A stretch of 64,000 nt of DNA from a virus (taxonomy: Duplodnaviria > Caudoviricetes): positions 1-64,000 of IMG/VR virus record IMGVR_UViG_3300028603_000018, one strand, 5' to 3'. Positions 39,426-47,818 of the stretch are shown piece by piece (the first letter of the stretch is position 1; each line of letters starts with the position of its first letter). The notes under the pieces are model-generated. The model saw only the letters and a list, made by a program, of their open reading frames with translations. It ran no database searches and was not told where the DNA came from. A program made the translations under genes and the position numbers.

Positions 39426-40122
39426 ACATAAAGTCGTTTATTGTTACACAGAACATGCTTTTATTAGTGACAACTATACTCTTATTAAAGCAGTTATTGA
39501 TAATGAAGTTTTGTGTAAAGTATTGAAAGATAGTTTGGGATTTGATGAAGGTTTTGTTAATGCCATTAAAGGGATGAAAGATGTAAAAATTCGTTCTTTA
39601 GATGACTATACTAAGAACAGGGAGTTAAATAGAGTATATACTCATATTTGTCATTGCATCCCAAGACATCATCCCGAATTTGTTAAAGTGGTAGAAGGAC
39701 TCAAAAATTCTTCATTCACTGTAAAAGAAATTGAAGGCAATCAATACACTATCGCCAACCTAATAAATAATTATGAATTTGTCATAGAGCAAAGCGATCT
39801 CATTACTATCATTCCTGAAGGTAATGAAGCTCCTTATGAGCGTCGAGTAGTATGTGCTGCTAATAAGTCTACTAATACAGATAAGATGGTAACTAGTGCT
39901 CGTCATCACGACATTAATATGAACGAGATGATTAAACTCATTCATGAGTTAGAAACGTTGAAAAACGAACCTGTCTCTGACTTTAAATTACAGGGATTTG
40001 TTGATCAGCATAATGTCTTTATGACTAGAGAAGAAGCTAAGGCTCTTGCTGTAGGGAATCAACAGATTCGTCGTAAAGTAGGTGGTGATGAAGAAAGACT
40101 CTATAGTGAGAACCTTTACTAA
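39406..40122 (+). CDS. Two-domain phage protein of unknown function
   Basis: GAGGT RBS; C-terminal VVCAAN..SARHHD..QGFVDQ..FMTREEA..LYSENLY. Confidence 0.75.
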   Translation: MTQLKSKHKVVYCYTEHAFISDNYTLIKAVIDNEVLCKVLKDSLGFDEGFVNAIKGMKDVKIRSLDDYTKNRELNRVYTHICHCIPRHHPEFVKVVEGLKNSSFTVKEIEGNQYTIANLINNYEFVIEQSDLITIIPEGNEAPYERRVVCAANKSTNTDKMVTSARHHDINMNEMIKLIHELETLKNEPVSDFKLQGFVDQHNVFMTREEAKALAVGNQQIRRKVGGDEERLYSENLY

Positions 40123-40127
40123 CATAA

Positions 40128-40415
40128 ATGAGAAAAACAATGTTAATTAAAGACGCTGTTAAATATTTGGAAGTAGGTCGTAACTATGTTAAACCCAAAG
40201 GAGATTCTTTCAACAACAGTACTTTCTACTTTTTAACAGAAGAAGGGTTAAACTGGTGCTATGCTGGTTCTGTAGGAGGAATAGTAAAAGGAAAGGACTT
40301 AGATAAACTCTTAAGTAACTCTTTCGATATCTATGCTGTCTATAGTGAGAGGAATGACTATTCCATTATCGAAGAACCAGACATTAAGCTAAACTTTGTC
40401 GACTTATTAAAATAG
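40128..40415 (+). CDS. Hypothetical protein
   Basis: In operon. Confidence 0.6.
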   Translation: MRKTMLIKDAVKYLEVGRNYVKPKGDSFNNSTFYFLTEEGLNWCYAGSVGGIVKGKDLDKLLSNSFDIYAVYSERNDYSIIEEPDIKLNFVDLLK

Positions 40416-40419
40416 TAGA

Positions 40420-40983
40420 GTGATTAAAATGGCATCCATCTTTACTGACTCCTTTTTCGATAACTTTATCGATTACCCTGGTTGGAATATCTCAGAGAAT
40501 CCTTTACCATTAGGAACTCTCTACGATTATATCTCCAGTACTTTTCTAGATGGCTTTATTAATTATGTAAATATTAAGAAAGCTTACCTTATTCAACGGT
40601 ATAGATCACCCGGAGATATTATCCCTTTGGAACAACTGCAACCTTATCGACAATCTAACTCCGTAGTATTACCAGATAGGGATTTAACTGTCGAAGAAGT
40701 ATTTGAGTTATATACACAAAAAGATATCAATATCCATACCAAGATTAGTACATTTAGAGATGACGTAGTTATTCTATCTCAAGCACTCAGTAATCCTAAG
40801 TGCTGGATCTACTTCTATTACGATATGGATTGTAGCGATTGCAGTATAGGTAGGTTTGAGACTGATGAGCCTGAAGAAGTTGTTATAGTTAAACTAGAGC
40901 AACACCTAGAAAGCTTTAATAACACCAAAGGACCCTTTAAAGAAATCCCTCTCCATTTCTTTAAAGGATGGATATCTTCCTAA
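40420..40983 (+). CDS. Hypothetical protein
   Basis: 187 aa; YDMDCSDCSIGRF. Confidence 0.7.
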   Translation: MIKMASIFTDSFFDNFIDYPGWNISENPLPLGTLYDYISSTFLDGFINYVNIKKAYLIQRYRSPGDIIPLEQLQPYRQSNSVVLPDRDLTVEEVFELYTQKDINIHTKISTFRDDVVILSQALSNPKCWIYFYYDMDCSDCSIGRFETDEPEEVVIVKLEQHLESFNNTKGPFKEIPLHFFKGWISS

Positions 40984-41010
40984 GTAACTATTAAGAGAAT
41001 AGGTATCTAA

Positions 41011-41283
41011 ATGGATGACATAATTAAAGCACTAGATATTTCTGAAAAAGAATTACCTATAGCTAATCAACTCTTTGCTAACTATATTGAATTTATAAGG
41101 AAGATGGAAGCTAGTGAGTATAAAGACGCTAGTATCTATCTATCTAGATGTCGATTTACTGAAAGTAAATTAGAACAAGAAACAGTAGCTAAGATAAGAA
41201 CACTTTTTAAATATCCAGAAGAATTAAAAAGCATTAATAACCTTTACCTTAATAGCGAATTAATAGTAGAATTATATAAATAA
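41011..41283 (+). CDS. Hypothetical protein
   Basis: AGGT RBS. Confidence 0.6.
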   Translation: MDDIIKALDISEKELPIANQLFANYIEFIRKMEASEYKDASIYLSRCRFTESKLEQETVAKIRTLFKYPEELKSINNLYLNSELIVELYK

Positions 41284-41288
41284 AAAAT

Positions 41289-41663
41289 ATGAGACAAATC
41301 TTTACTTTAAATAAGCTTTTCTTCTTAGTTGATAAAGAAGTACACGAACATACTCTTACTGCGGTAGTAGATCAGTTATTTAAACCTAGTAAAGGTAGTT
41401 CTACTATTATGGTTAATGAAGTTGTTTTAAATATTAACAATGAAGTCTTTAGTATAGAAACTATTTTAGATAAAGAAACAAACGTTCTTTCTTCTAGAAT
41501 GACTAAAGTGGATAATAAACCAACTACTATTACCTATCTAGGTTTTAAAGTGAATATCCATTCCAAAGAAGATAAGAATCTATCTCTTTTTGGTAAAGTA
41601 AAACAATTCATTCAGAAGTTATTCAACTCACCTCTACTACAATTGAGACACTTTAAAAAATGA
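41289..41663 (+). CDS. Hypothetical protein
   Basis: 124 aa, in operon. Confidence 0.6.
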   Translation: MRQIFTLNKLFFLVDKEVHEHTLTAVVDQLFKPSKGSSTIMVNEVVLNINNEVFSIETILDKETNVLSSRMTKVDNKPTTITYLGFKVNIHSKEDKNLSLFGKVKQFIQKLFNSPLLQLRHFKK

Positions 41664-41791
41664 ATACAGATACTATTACGATCTACGAACCTTATGGATA
41701 AATAAGAAGAAGTCGCTCGATTAATAGTTGCTGAGCATAGCAACCTGAGTCAAGAGACTCCATAACCTGTATTAACTCAAAAGGAATAACC

Positions 41792-42145
41792 ATGCATCAA
41801 GAAAACAACACCACCGCAGTCCTCTCTATCGACTTCTCAAAAATGACTAAGAGTGAAAGAAAAGAAGCTACTGGAACTCTTACAGGTGCTCTTGATGCAG
41901 AGCAAGAAGTCTTTTTTGAAGCAGTAGAAAAGCTTGCTAAAGAGTTTGGTATTTCTTCCCTTCAAGCTACAAAGGTAAATTACCTCCGTACACGTAGTCG
42001 TTGGACACCAGAGTTGGAGAAAGAACTCATCGAGCGATTAAAAGAAGGTGAGGATATTAACATCCTCGATTTCGGTGTTACTGAAGAATCTCTTGCAGCA
42101 GCTACAAAACTCGTCGATGAAGTAGCAGCTAAGTACGAGAAATAG
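41792..42145 (+). CDS. Hypothetical protein
   Basis: AAAGGA RBS; YLRTRSRWTPELEKELI. Confidence 0.75.
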   Translation: MHQENNTTAVLSIDFSKMTKSERKEATGTLTGALDAEQEVFFEAVEKLAKEFGISSLQATKVNYLRTRSRWTPELEKELIERLKEGEDINILDFGVTEESLAAATKLVDEVAAKYEK

Positions 42146-42282
42146 AAATAATAAAAAATACACTACTTCTATAGTTTGCAGGAGTAGTGTGTTCTAGACT
42201 AAATTAAGTATACATCATTTATTAGTAGCAGATAGAGAAAGATCTTAATCTTCTAATTTTTGTAGTTGTTAGGTAAAAAAAT

Positions 42283-42371
42283 CCGACATGTCCCTTGCCC
42301 CGGTCTTCTAAACCGGTAGCGTAATAAAAGCAGGGAGGAGCTGACTGGATCGTTTCCAGCATGTCGGTCCA
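42283..42371 (+). tRNA. Atypical tRNA-Arg(TCT)-like RNA lacking a D-arm
   Basis: Acceptor CCGACATG/CATGTCGG plus T-CCA; anticodon arm CCGGT-CTTCTAA-ACCGG; T-arm CTGG-ATCGTTT-CCAG. Confidence 0.65.
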
Positions 42372-42436
42372 TTATTTATTCCTATTGTAAAACTTCTATA
42401 GCTTGGAATAATAGGAATAAATAATGTACGTCTTAA

Positions 42437-42515
42437 GGGTCTTTAGTTTAATTGGAAAAAACACCCGGCTCATAACCGGTGAGAGTCTCGGTTCGAATCG
42501 CGAGAAGACCCACCA
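42437..42515 (+). tRNA. tRNA with CAT anticodon (Ile2 or Met)
   Basis: GGGTCTT/AAGACCC acceptor, D-arm GTTT/AAAC, loop CTCATAA, GGTTCGAATC, encoded ACCA. Confidence 0.9.
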
Positions 42516-42694
42516 TGAATTGTAAGGTAGCAAAAGAGGTATTTAGTAAAGATCTCGCTCAATTCGGGTTGAGTGCTTTAGTTGGCTTTGCTGATGATAA
42601 TCTTCTGTATGCCTCCTTACTTTCTTTTTTATAATCTTAAAAACAAATAGATCTTATAGTTAAATATCAGATCATTTTATTTTAAAGGCAAGTA

Positions 42695-43606
42695 ATGAGT
42701 AAAGAATTGCTAATTAGTTCTACTCCCCCCCCCCATGAGTCAAGTCAATGGCGGCCTATACCACTAACGCCGCCTTTAGACGAAAGCTATAATAGTGTTA
42801 TGATTAGTGTATTAGGTGATTTATATTGTTACGGGAAAGCTACCTTAACCCCTCCTTATCGATTTAGCTCTCATTACCTTATTAATCCTTCAACACTCAC
42901 AACAACTCCTTTAGCTGTAAGTGATGTACGTACTGATCACGGAATGATAAATATTGGTGATTATATATATTTAATAGGTGGAAGTAATTCGAACGGCGCA
43001 GCTTTTAATAAAGTAGAGAGGTATGATATTATAAGTAACACTTTCTCTACTTTATCAAGTTTACCAAATAATGCCAGTTACGTTAAAGCTGGACTATTTG
43101 AAGGTAAAATATTTGCTATTAGTGGTGCAGGGGACAGAAAGGTTTACGTTTACGATATTGTAAACGATACATGGGAGAGTCGTACAATTCCGACTGCATT
43201 TGACTTTATTTATCGTAATATTGCTTATGTCGATGGCTACTTTTATTGTTTTGGCGGAAGAACACCTCTGGCCGTCGTATCTGATTCCGCAACTCGGTAC
43301 TCAGTGGAAAACGATACATGGGAATATTTGAATCCCGCCTCTAATATGCCAGCTAACTTTTTAGCTTCTACAGCAGTATTAGGTGATAATATATACATCT
43401 TCGGTGGCTTCACAGATAACGGTATTACTACTAACTCGTTTTACTGTTATAAAATAAGCTCAAATGAGTTTGTACTTATTGAAACTGAAGTTTCTCCTGC
43501 AAAACGTAGTTATAGTACAATGACAACTTTAGACAATAAAATTTATTTGTACAATGGTAGAGACGATACACTAATTTATGGCGACCTTTGGGAATTCACT
43601 CCCTAA
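42695..43606 (+). CDS. Kelch-repeat beta-propeller protein with C10 tract near the 5' end
   Basis: IYLIGG..VERYD, FYCFGG..W, IYIFGG, IYLYNG..DLWEF repeats. Confidence 0.9.
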   Translation: MSKELLISSTPPPHESSQWRPIPLTPPLDESYNSVMISVLGDLYCYGKATLTPPYRFSSHYLINPSTLTTTPLAVSDVRTDHGMINIGDYIYLIGGSNSNGAAFNKVERYDIISNTFSTLSSLPNNASYVKAGLFEGKIFAISGAGDRKVYVYDIVNDTWESRTIPTAFDFIYRNIAYVDGYFYCFGGRTPLAVVSDSATRYSVENDTWEYLNPASNMPANFLASTAVLGDNIYIFGGFTDNGITTNSFYCYKISSNEFVLIETEVSPAKRSYSTMTTLDNKIYLYNGRDDTLIYGDLWEFTP

Positions 43607-43740
43607 GCTAAAGAAGAGTGTTATTTATAGCAAAATGAGGAGAGTATTTGACTCTCCTCAATTATGCCCTCAATAATAAAGTTAGAAAATAACAATTATA
43701 TATCACCACTATGATAATCTAAACGAACTCTATTTCTAAC

Positions 43741-44217
43741 ATGATTACTGATCCTCTTTTCCAACCTGCAAGTAAAGCACCTAAGAAACTTAACAAGCTC
43801 ATCAATTATGCAATTGTAAAAGCAAGAAATCATAACTCTCACGGTAAGCAATCCGTCTATGCTATTGCTATAGACAGTAAAGGATTAATCCTAGCAGAAG
43901 CAGGTAATCGCTATAAAGCAGAACATCCTACTCAAGGACAACAAGTTAATATTTGGAATGTCTATAATAGAAACAAATTCAGTAATACTAAAGAAGGACA
44001 TTACATTCCAGATAGCACTCATGCTGAGCAATTCCTTATAGAGCGACTAAAACGAGTACCTAAAGAAAAAAGAGCAGGCGTTACGATTATTGTAGCTCGA
44101 TCTACAACTAAATTAACAGGTACAAATGCTAAACCTTGTATTGTTTGTACTAATAGTCTACTAAGAATCCAGAAGAGATTGGATATTAAACGTGTGTTTT
44201 ATACAACCTCGGAATAA
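43741..44217 (+). CDS. Zinc-dependent cytidine/dCMP deaminase-fold protein
   Basis: THAE...KPCIVC zinc motif; IKRVFYT. Confidence 0.8.
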   Translation: MITDPLFQPASKAPKKLNKLINYAIVKARNHNSHGKQSVYAIAIDSKGLILAEAGNRYKAEHPTQGQQVNIWNVYNRNKFSNTKEGHYIPDSTHAEQFLIERLKRVPKEKRAGVTIIVARSTTKLTGTNAKPCIVCTNSLLRIQKRLDIKRVFYTTSE

Positions 44218-44229
44218 ATAAAGAGAGAT

Positions 44230-44472
44230 ATGAATAATACTTTAGTCAATACCTATACTCTAGAAGCAGATTGTGTTACGGATGCTGATGGGTTTATTGG
44301 TTCTTGTTTAGAAAGAAGTATTCCAATTAGTGTAGTTATTTTTCAATTCAAATCTGACAAGAATGATGTAACGATGCAGTTTGAAACGACTTTAACTAAA
44401 GAAGCCGTTATTGAAATCTTAAAGAAGCAACCTAATAGTAAGCGAATGCTCAACTCTCTTAAAGGTAATTAA
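44230..44472 (+). CDS. Hypothetical protein
   Basis: In operon. Confidence 0.6.
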   Translation: MNNTLVNTYTLEADCVTDADGFIGSCLERSIPISVVIFQFKSDKNDVTMQFETTLTKEAVIEILKKQPNSKRMLNSLKGN

Positions 44473-44478
44473 TACATC

Positions 44479-44763
44479 ATGGATACTGGAATCAAGTCTT
44501 TCATTATTCAAACGCTATCAGAATCTACTCGATCTGAACTCAGAGACCATTATTTTTGTGACAGGGAAATTAGCTGGTGGAAGGATTCTGAAGAAGTAGC
44601 TTCCGCTTATCTTGGTAGGAATGACGAATTTCATTTTGATCACCAAGGAACTACTTACACTTCTGATAACTGGAATGAGATTAAAGAATTCGTTAAATTA
44701 GGTCAGTTAGGTAAAGTAAGTCGAAATGACTCTACAGGTGAAGATACCTATCGCGGCGCTTAA
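44479..44763 (+). CDS. Hypothetical protein
   Basis: AAGGT RBS. Confidence 0.65.
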   Translation: MDTGIKSFIIQTLSESTRSELRDHYFCDREISWWKDSEEVASAYLGRNDEFHFDHQGTTYTSDNWNEIKEFVKLGQLGKVSRNDSTGEDTYRGA

Positions 44764-44858
44764 ACGACATATAAGACTATTCCTATCCTAATCAAGTGTG
44801 AGGTTCTATACAAACTAAGAAGTATAAACCTCATACTAACACAAAGGTAATTGAAACA

Positions 44859-45449
44859 ATGAGTAATTATTATTCCCCTACTATCATTGAAAACAACGGT
44901 CAGAATGCTTCTACTTTTGATATCTATTCAAGGTTACTAAGGGATCGTATCATCTTTATCCGTGGAGAAGTAACTGAGACTCTTTCTAACTCAGTCATTG
45001 CTCAATTACTCTTTCTAAACAGAGAAAGTAAAACTCGACATATTTCCATCTATATTAATACTGTAGGTGGTTCAGTCTATGATGGTATGTCAATCATTGA
45101 TACCATGAACTATATCGAAGCACCAGTTCATACACTGTGTATTGGTAAAGCTATGAGTATGGGTGCTATCATCTTAGCAGCAGGTCAAAAAGGTGAACGT
45201 GCTATTTTAAGGAATGCACGAGTAATGATTCACCAACCTTCTGGTGGTGCTATTGGTAAAAGTGATGATATTCTTAGTCATGCTAATGAAATCATCTCAG
45301 TTCGAAATAGCATTGAAGAGCAATTCTCTGAGATGACTGGTCAGTCCATTGAGAAGATTAATGCTGATATGAAAAACGATACCTTCTTAACAGCACAAGA
45401 AGCTATTGAATACGGTATTGTAGATAAGATCCTGATTAAAGGAAAATAA
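44859..45449 (+). CDS. clpP: ClpP protease proteolytic subunit
   Basis: DIYSRLLRDRIIF, IAQLLFL, YINTVGGSV, AMSMGA (Ser), MIHQP (His), NDTFL (Asp), AIEYGIVD. Confidence 0.96.
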   Translation: MSNYYSPTIIENNGQNASTFDIYSRLLRDRIIFIRGEVTETLSNSVIAQLLFLNRESKTRHISIYINTVGGSVYDGMSIIDTMNYIEAPVHTLCIGKAMSMGAIILAAGQKGERAILRNARVMIHQPSGGAIGKSDDILSHANEIISVRNSIEEQFSEMTGQSIEKINADMKNDTFLTAQEAIEYGIVDKILIKGK

Positions 45450-45487
45450 ATACAATTACATATCACTAAAGAGAGAGTGGGTAAGAG

Positions 45488-45823
45488 ATGCGTAGAGGTA
45501 CACAATTTATTCAAGCAGTTAAGAAAGTCGCTAGTGACGAGAGTATAGATAAGATTATTATTTTACACTCTAATTGTCTCGACATCTCCTATATCGAGAC
45601 AACGACTCATAAAGAAGGTCAAGTAACTATTGAAAAACAATGGTTCTCTAAAGGTTATATTTGTAACCCGAAGATTCGTTTTAAGAAAGAAGAAAAAGAA
45701 GAGATGGTAAAGCAACTTTTAGAGAAGAGTTATACCCAAACACAAATCTCTAAGTTGTTAGATTTACCTCAATCTACAATCAGTGTTCTGAAGAAGAAGT
45801 TTGGTCTAATTAAAGGAAATTAA
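45488..45823 (+). CDS. Protein with C-terminal helix-turn-helix
   Basis: YTQTQISKLLDLPQSTISVLKK; promoter motif at 45458. Confidence 0.75.
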   Translation: MRRGTQFIQAVKKVASDESIDKIIILHSNCLDISYIETTTHKEGQVTIEKQWFSKGYICNPKIRFKKEEKEEMVKQLLEKSYTQTQISKLLDLPQSTISVLKKKFGLIKGN

Positions 45824-45827
45824 AGAC

Positions 45828-46334
45828 ATGTCTTTGAGCGAATTGGTTAAAGGTAATATTGATAACTTCATTAATGAAAATAGTGAGTTACGAGGCGCTA
45901 TTAAATTCATTAATCGAATCATCACAACGCCTACATCAGAAGAAGATTTGATTAAACCTAATGTCACTCTGAATATGAGTGATCATAAAGAGATCTCTAT
46001 CTCTCTTGTTACAGTTGAAGCAGGTGTAAACCAAATCAACCCTGGTAAAGATGAGCAATTCGTAGAAGTAGTTCTTTCTGAGCATGATGATGAATTGACT
46101 CAGTGTGAAGTTCGTGGTCTGTGGTATTGGTCTTTAAGTGATATTACCTACGCTATCTATACCTTCATTACTCTGACTGAGTCACGAAGTGCTATGGATA
46201 TCACTGCATTCGCATTCTCTAGTGAAGAAGTGATGGGGGAGTCTGTATTCATCTCTGAACCACTAGATATCGAAGAAGAGGAAGATGATGAGAATACCAA
46301 TTCGAATCGTATGAATATCATCAATGATCTCTAA
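45828..46334 (+). CDS. Acidic hypothetical protein
   Basis: AAAGGA RBS. Confidence 0.75.
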   Translation: MSLSELVKGNIDNFINENSELRGAIKFINRIITTPTSEEDLIKPNVTLNMSDHKEISISLVTVEAGVNQINPGKDEQFVEVVLSEHDDELTQCEVRGLWYWSLSDITYAIYTFITLTESRSAMDITAFAFSSEEVMGESVFISEPLDIEEEEDDENTNSNRMNIINDL

Positions 46335-46415
46335 TGCAAGTTAAGTAATTCAATTAAAGGCATAATCAGGGAGAGCTAATTGCTCTCCCTATTTTTGTTG
46401 TTTATTAAATAAAAG

Positions 46416-46601
46416 GTGAAAGAAATGGATTTTTATAAAGCTGGTGATGAGAAGTATTACTCTGAAGAAGATAACTCAATGATTATCGAGGAGAAAGAAA
46501 CAGGTGGTTATGAATTCAAAATCGATGGATTCAGTGTCGATGAGGATGATGATGTTCAAAACATCGCTGACCGCCAAGGCTTTACAATTAGTGAGGATTA
46601 A
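46416..46601 (+). CDS. Small acidic protein
   Basis: AAGGTG RBS before the internal ATG. Confidence 0.6.
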   Translation: MKEMDFYKAGDEKYYSEEDNSMIIEEKETGGYEFKIDGFSVDEDDDVQNIADRQGFTISED

Positions 46602-47299
46602 TGAAACTCTCAACTAGTGTAAGAAGAGATATCCTTCAATGGTTAGATAACCTTCCCAAAGAAGAACTTTCTTTGAAAGCTATTGATCCTAACACAAACA
46701 CTTATTCAACTGAGAAGACTTTTAGATATCAAGTGGGTAAGGAACAATACTGTATTGATGTTAAACAACACGTCAGTACAATAGGTGTAAAGTTTGGTTT
46801 TAATCTCCCAGCCATTTATACAACTACTTTCTCTTTCTTTAAAATTAAAGATAAGGAAGTAAAGGGTGAATTTTCTTGGGAGCCTATTCATGTAGAGCGC
46901 AGGTTCGTAAAGGAAGTAGATTGGATTAAAGATGTACTTCAAGCTATTAGGGAGGGTAGTTTAGAAACCTCTCTAATGACTGACAACGAACCTGTTATTA
47001 ATGAGATCACAGAGAAAGCTAGGACGTTTCTTAAGGTAGAGCATTTATTAAATCTCGTTAAGGAACATTCAATTGCTTCTTTTAGTAAATATGAAACAGA
47101 GGAAGGGATTACTTTCACAGTAAAACTAGAAGATAAAGAAATTAAGTTTATCACAAACTACGATAACTTACATCTTCTCAATCTAGTAACTGATGAGAAT
47201 AATATCTTTGATATTGAATCTGTTTCCGATACAGTAGAAGTAACTATTTTATTACTTACTTATTTAGGTAAGCTAGTAAAAAAGGAAAAGACGGCATAA
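46601..47299 (+). CDS. Hypothetical protein
   Basis: GAGGA RBS; its stop codon lies within the GGCATAA arm of a palindromic element. Confidence 0.75.
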   Translation: MKLSTSVRRDILQWLDNLPKEELSLKAIDPNTNTYSTEKTFRYQVGKEQYCIDVKQHVSTIGVKFGFNLPAIYTTTFSFFKIKDKEVKGEFSWEPIHVERRFVKEVDWIKDVLQAIREGSLETSLMTDNEPVINEITEKARTFLKVEHLLNLVKEHSIASFSKYETEEGITFTVKLEDKEIKFITNYDNLHLLNLVTDENNIFDIESVSDTVEVTILLLTYLGKLVKKEKTA

Positions 47300-47331
47300 A
47301 TAGGGAGATTATTAGATCTCCCATTTATGCC
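47293..47331. repeat. GGCATA...TATGCC palindromic element (full consensus copy)
   Basis: ggcataaatagggagat-tattag-atctcccatttatgcc. Confidence 0.8.
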
Positions 47332-47405
47332 TTTGAATTAGGTGTTCTCTTACTCACTGCAATGAGTAAGAGAACGAACATTATCTTTCATATATACATT
47401 AAAAA

Positions 47406-47720
47406 ATGAAAAAAATGAATACACTACTCAATAACGTTAATTACAAACCTGTTATCAATTGGAATAAAAGTCATCCAGTCACTACTGAAGTGGATGCTCA
47501 TACTCAAAAATCAACAGGTCATTCCCACTGGGTAATCTCTATCAAGAAAAGTGATGTCGATAGTTTTTTCCGATTTATCGGCGACCAAACTGATAAGAGG
47601 AATATATCTACACCAGATCTACTAAACCCGTCCGATGAGGTCAAAGTATACCTTAAAGATCTCAACAAGTTACCTAGAGAGGAGCTTGTAAATAGGACTA
47701 GACATCTTACTTACACATGA
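47406..47720 (+). CDS. Hypothetical protein (no clear RBS)
   Basis: 104-aa ORF only. Confidence 0.4.
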   Translation: MKKMNTLLNNVNYKPVINWNKSHPVTTEVDAHTQKSTGHSHWVISIKKSDVDSFFRFIGDQTDKRNISTPDLLNPSDEVKVYLKDLNKLPREELVNRTRHLTYT

Positions 47721-47767
47721 TACAGTCTATATATAAAAAAATATGCATTCTTAAATGAGAGAATGAA

Positions 47768-47802
47768 TTAGTAGAGACTTCTATAAAAGGAGTCTCTACT
47801 AT
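47768..47802. terminator. Hairpin between convergent genes, likely bidirectional terminator
   Basis: tagtagagactt-ctataaaag-gagtctctacta. Confidence 0.65.
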
Positions 47803-47818
47803 ACAACCTTTCTTTTTT

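Noticed and set aside
44859-45449. ClpP as the prohead protease
   Set aside because: Far from the head genes and host-like in sequence; phiKZ-like phages use a different protease cleaving after S/A/G-x-E
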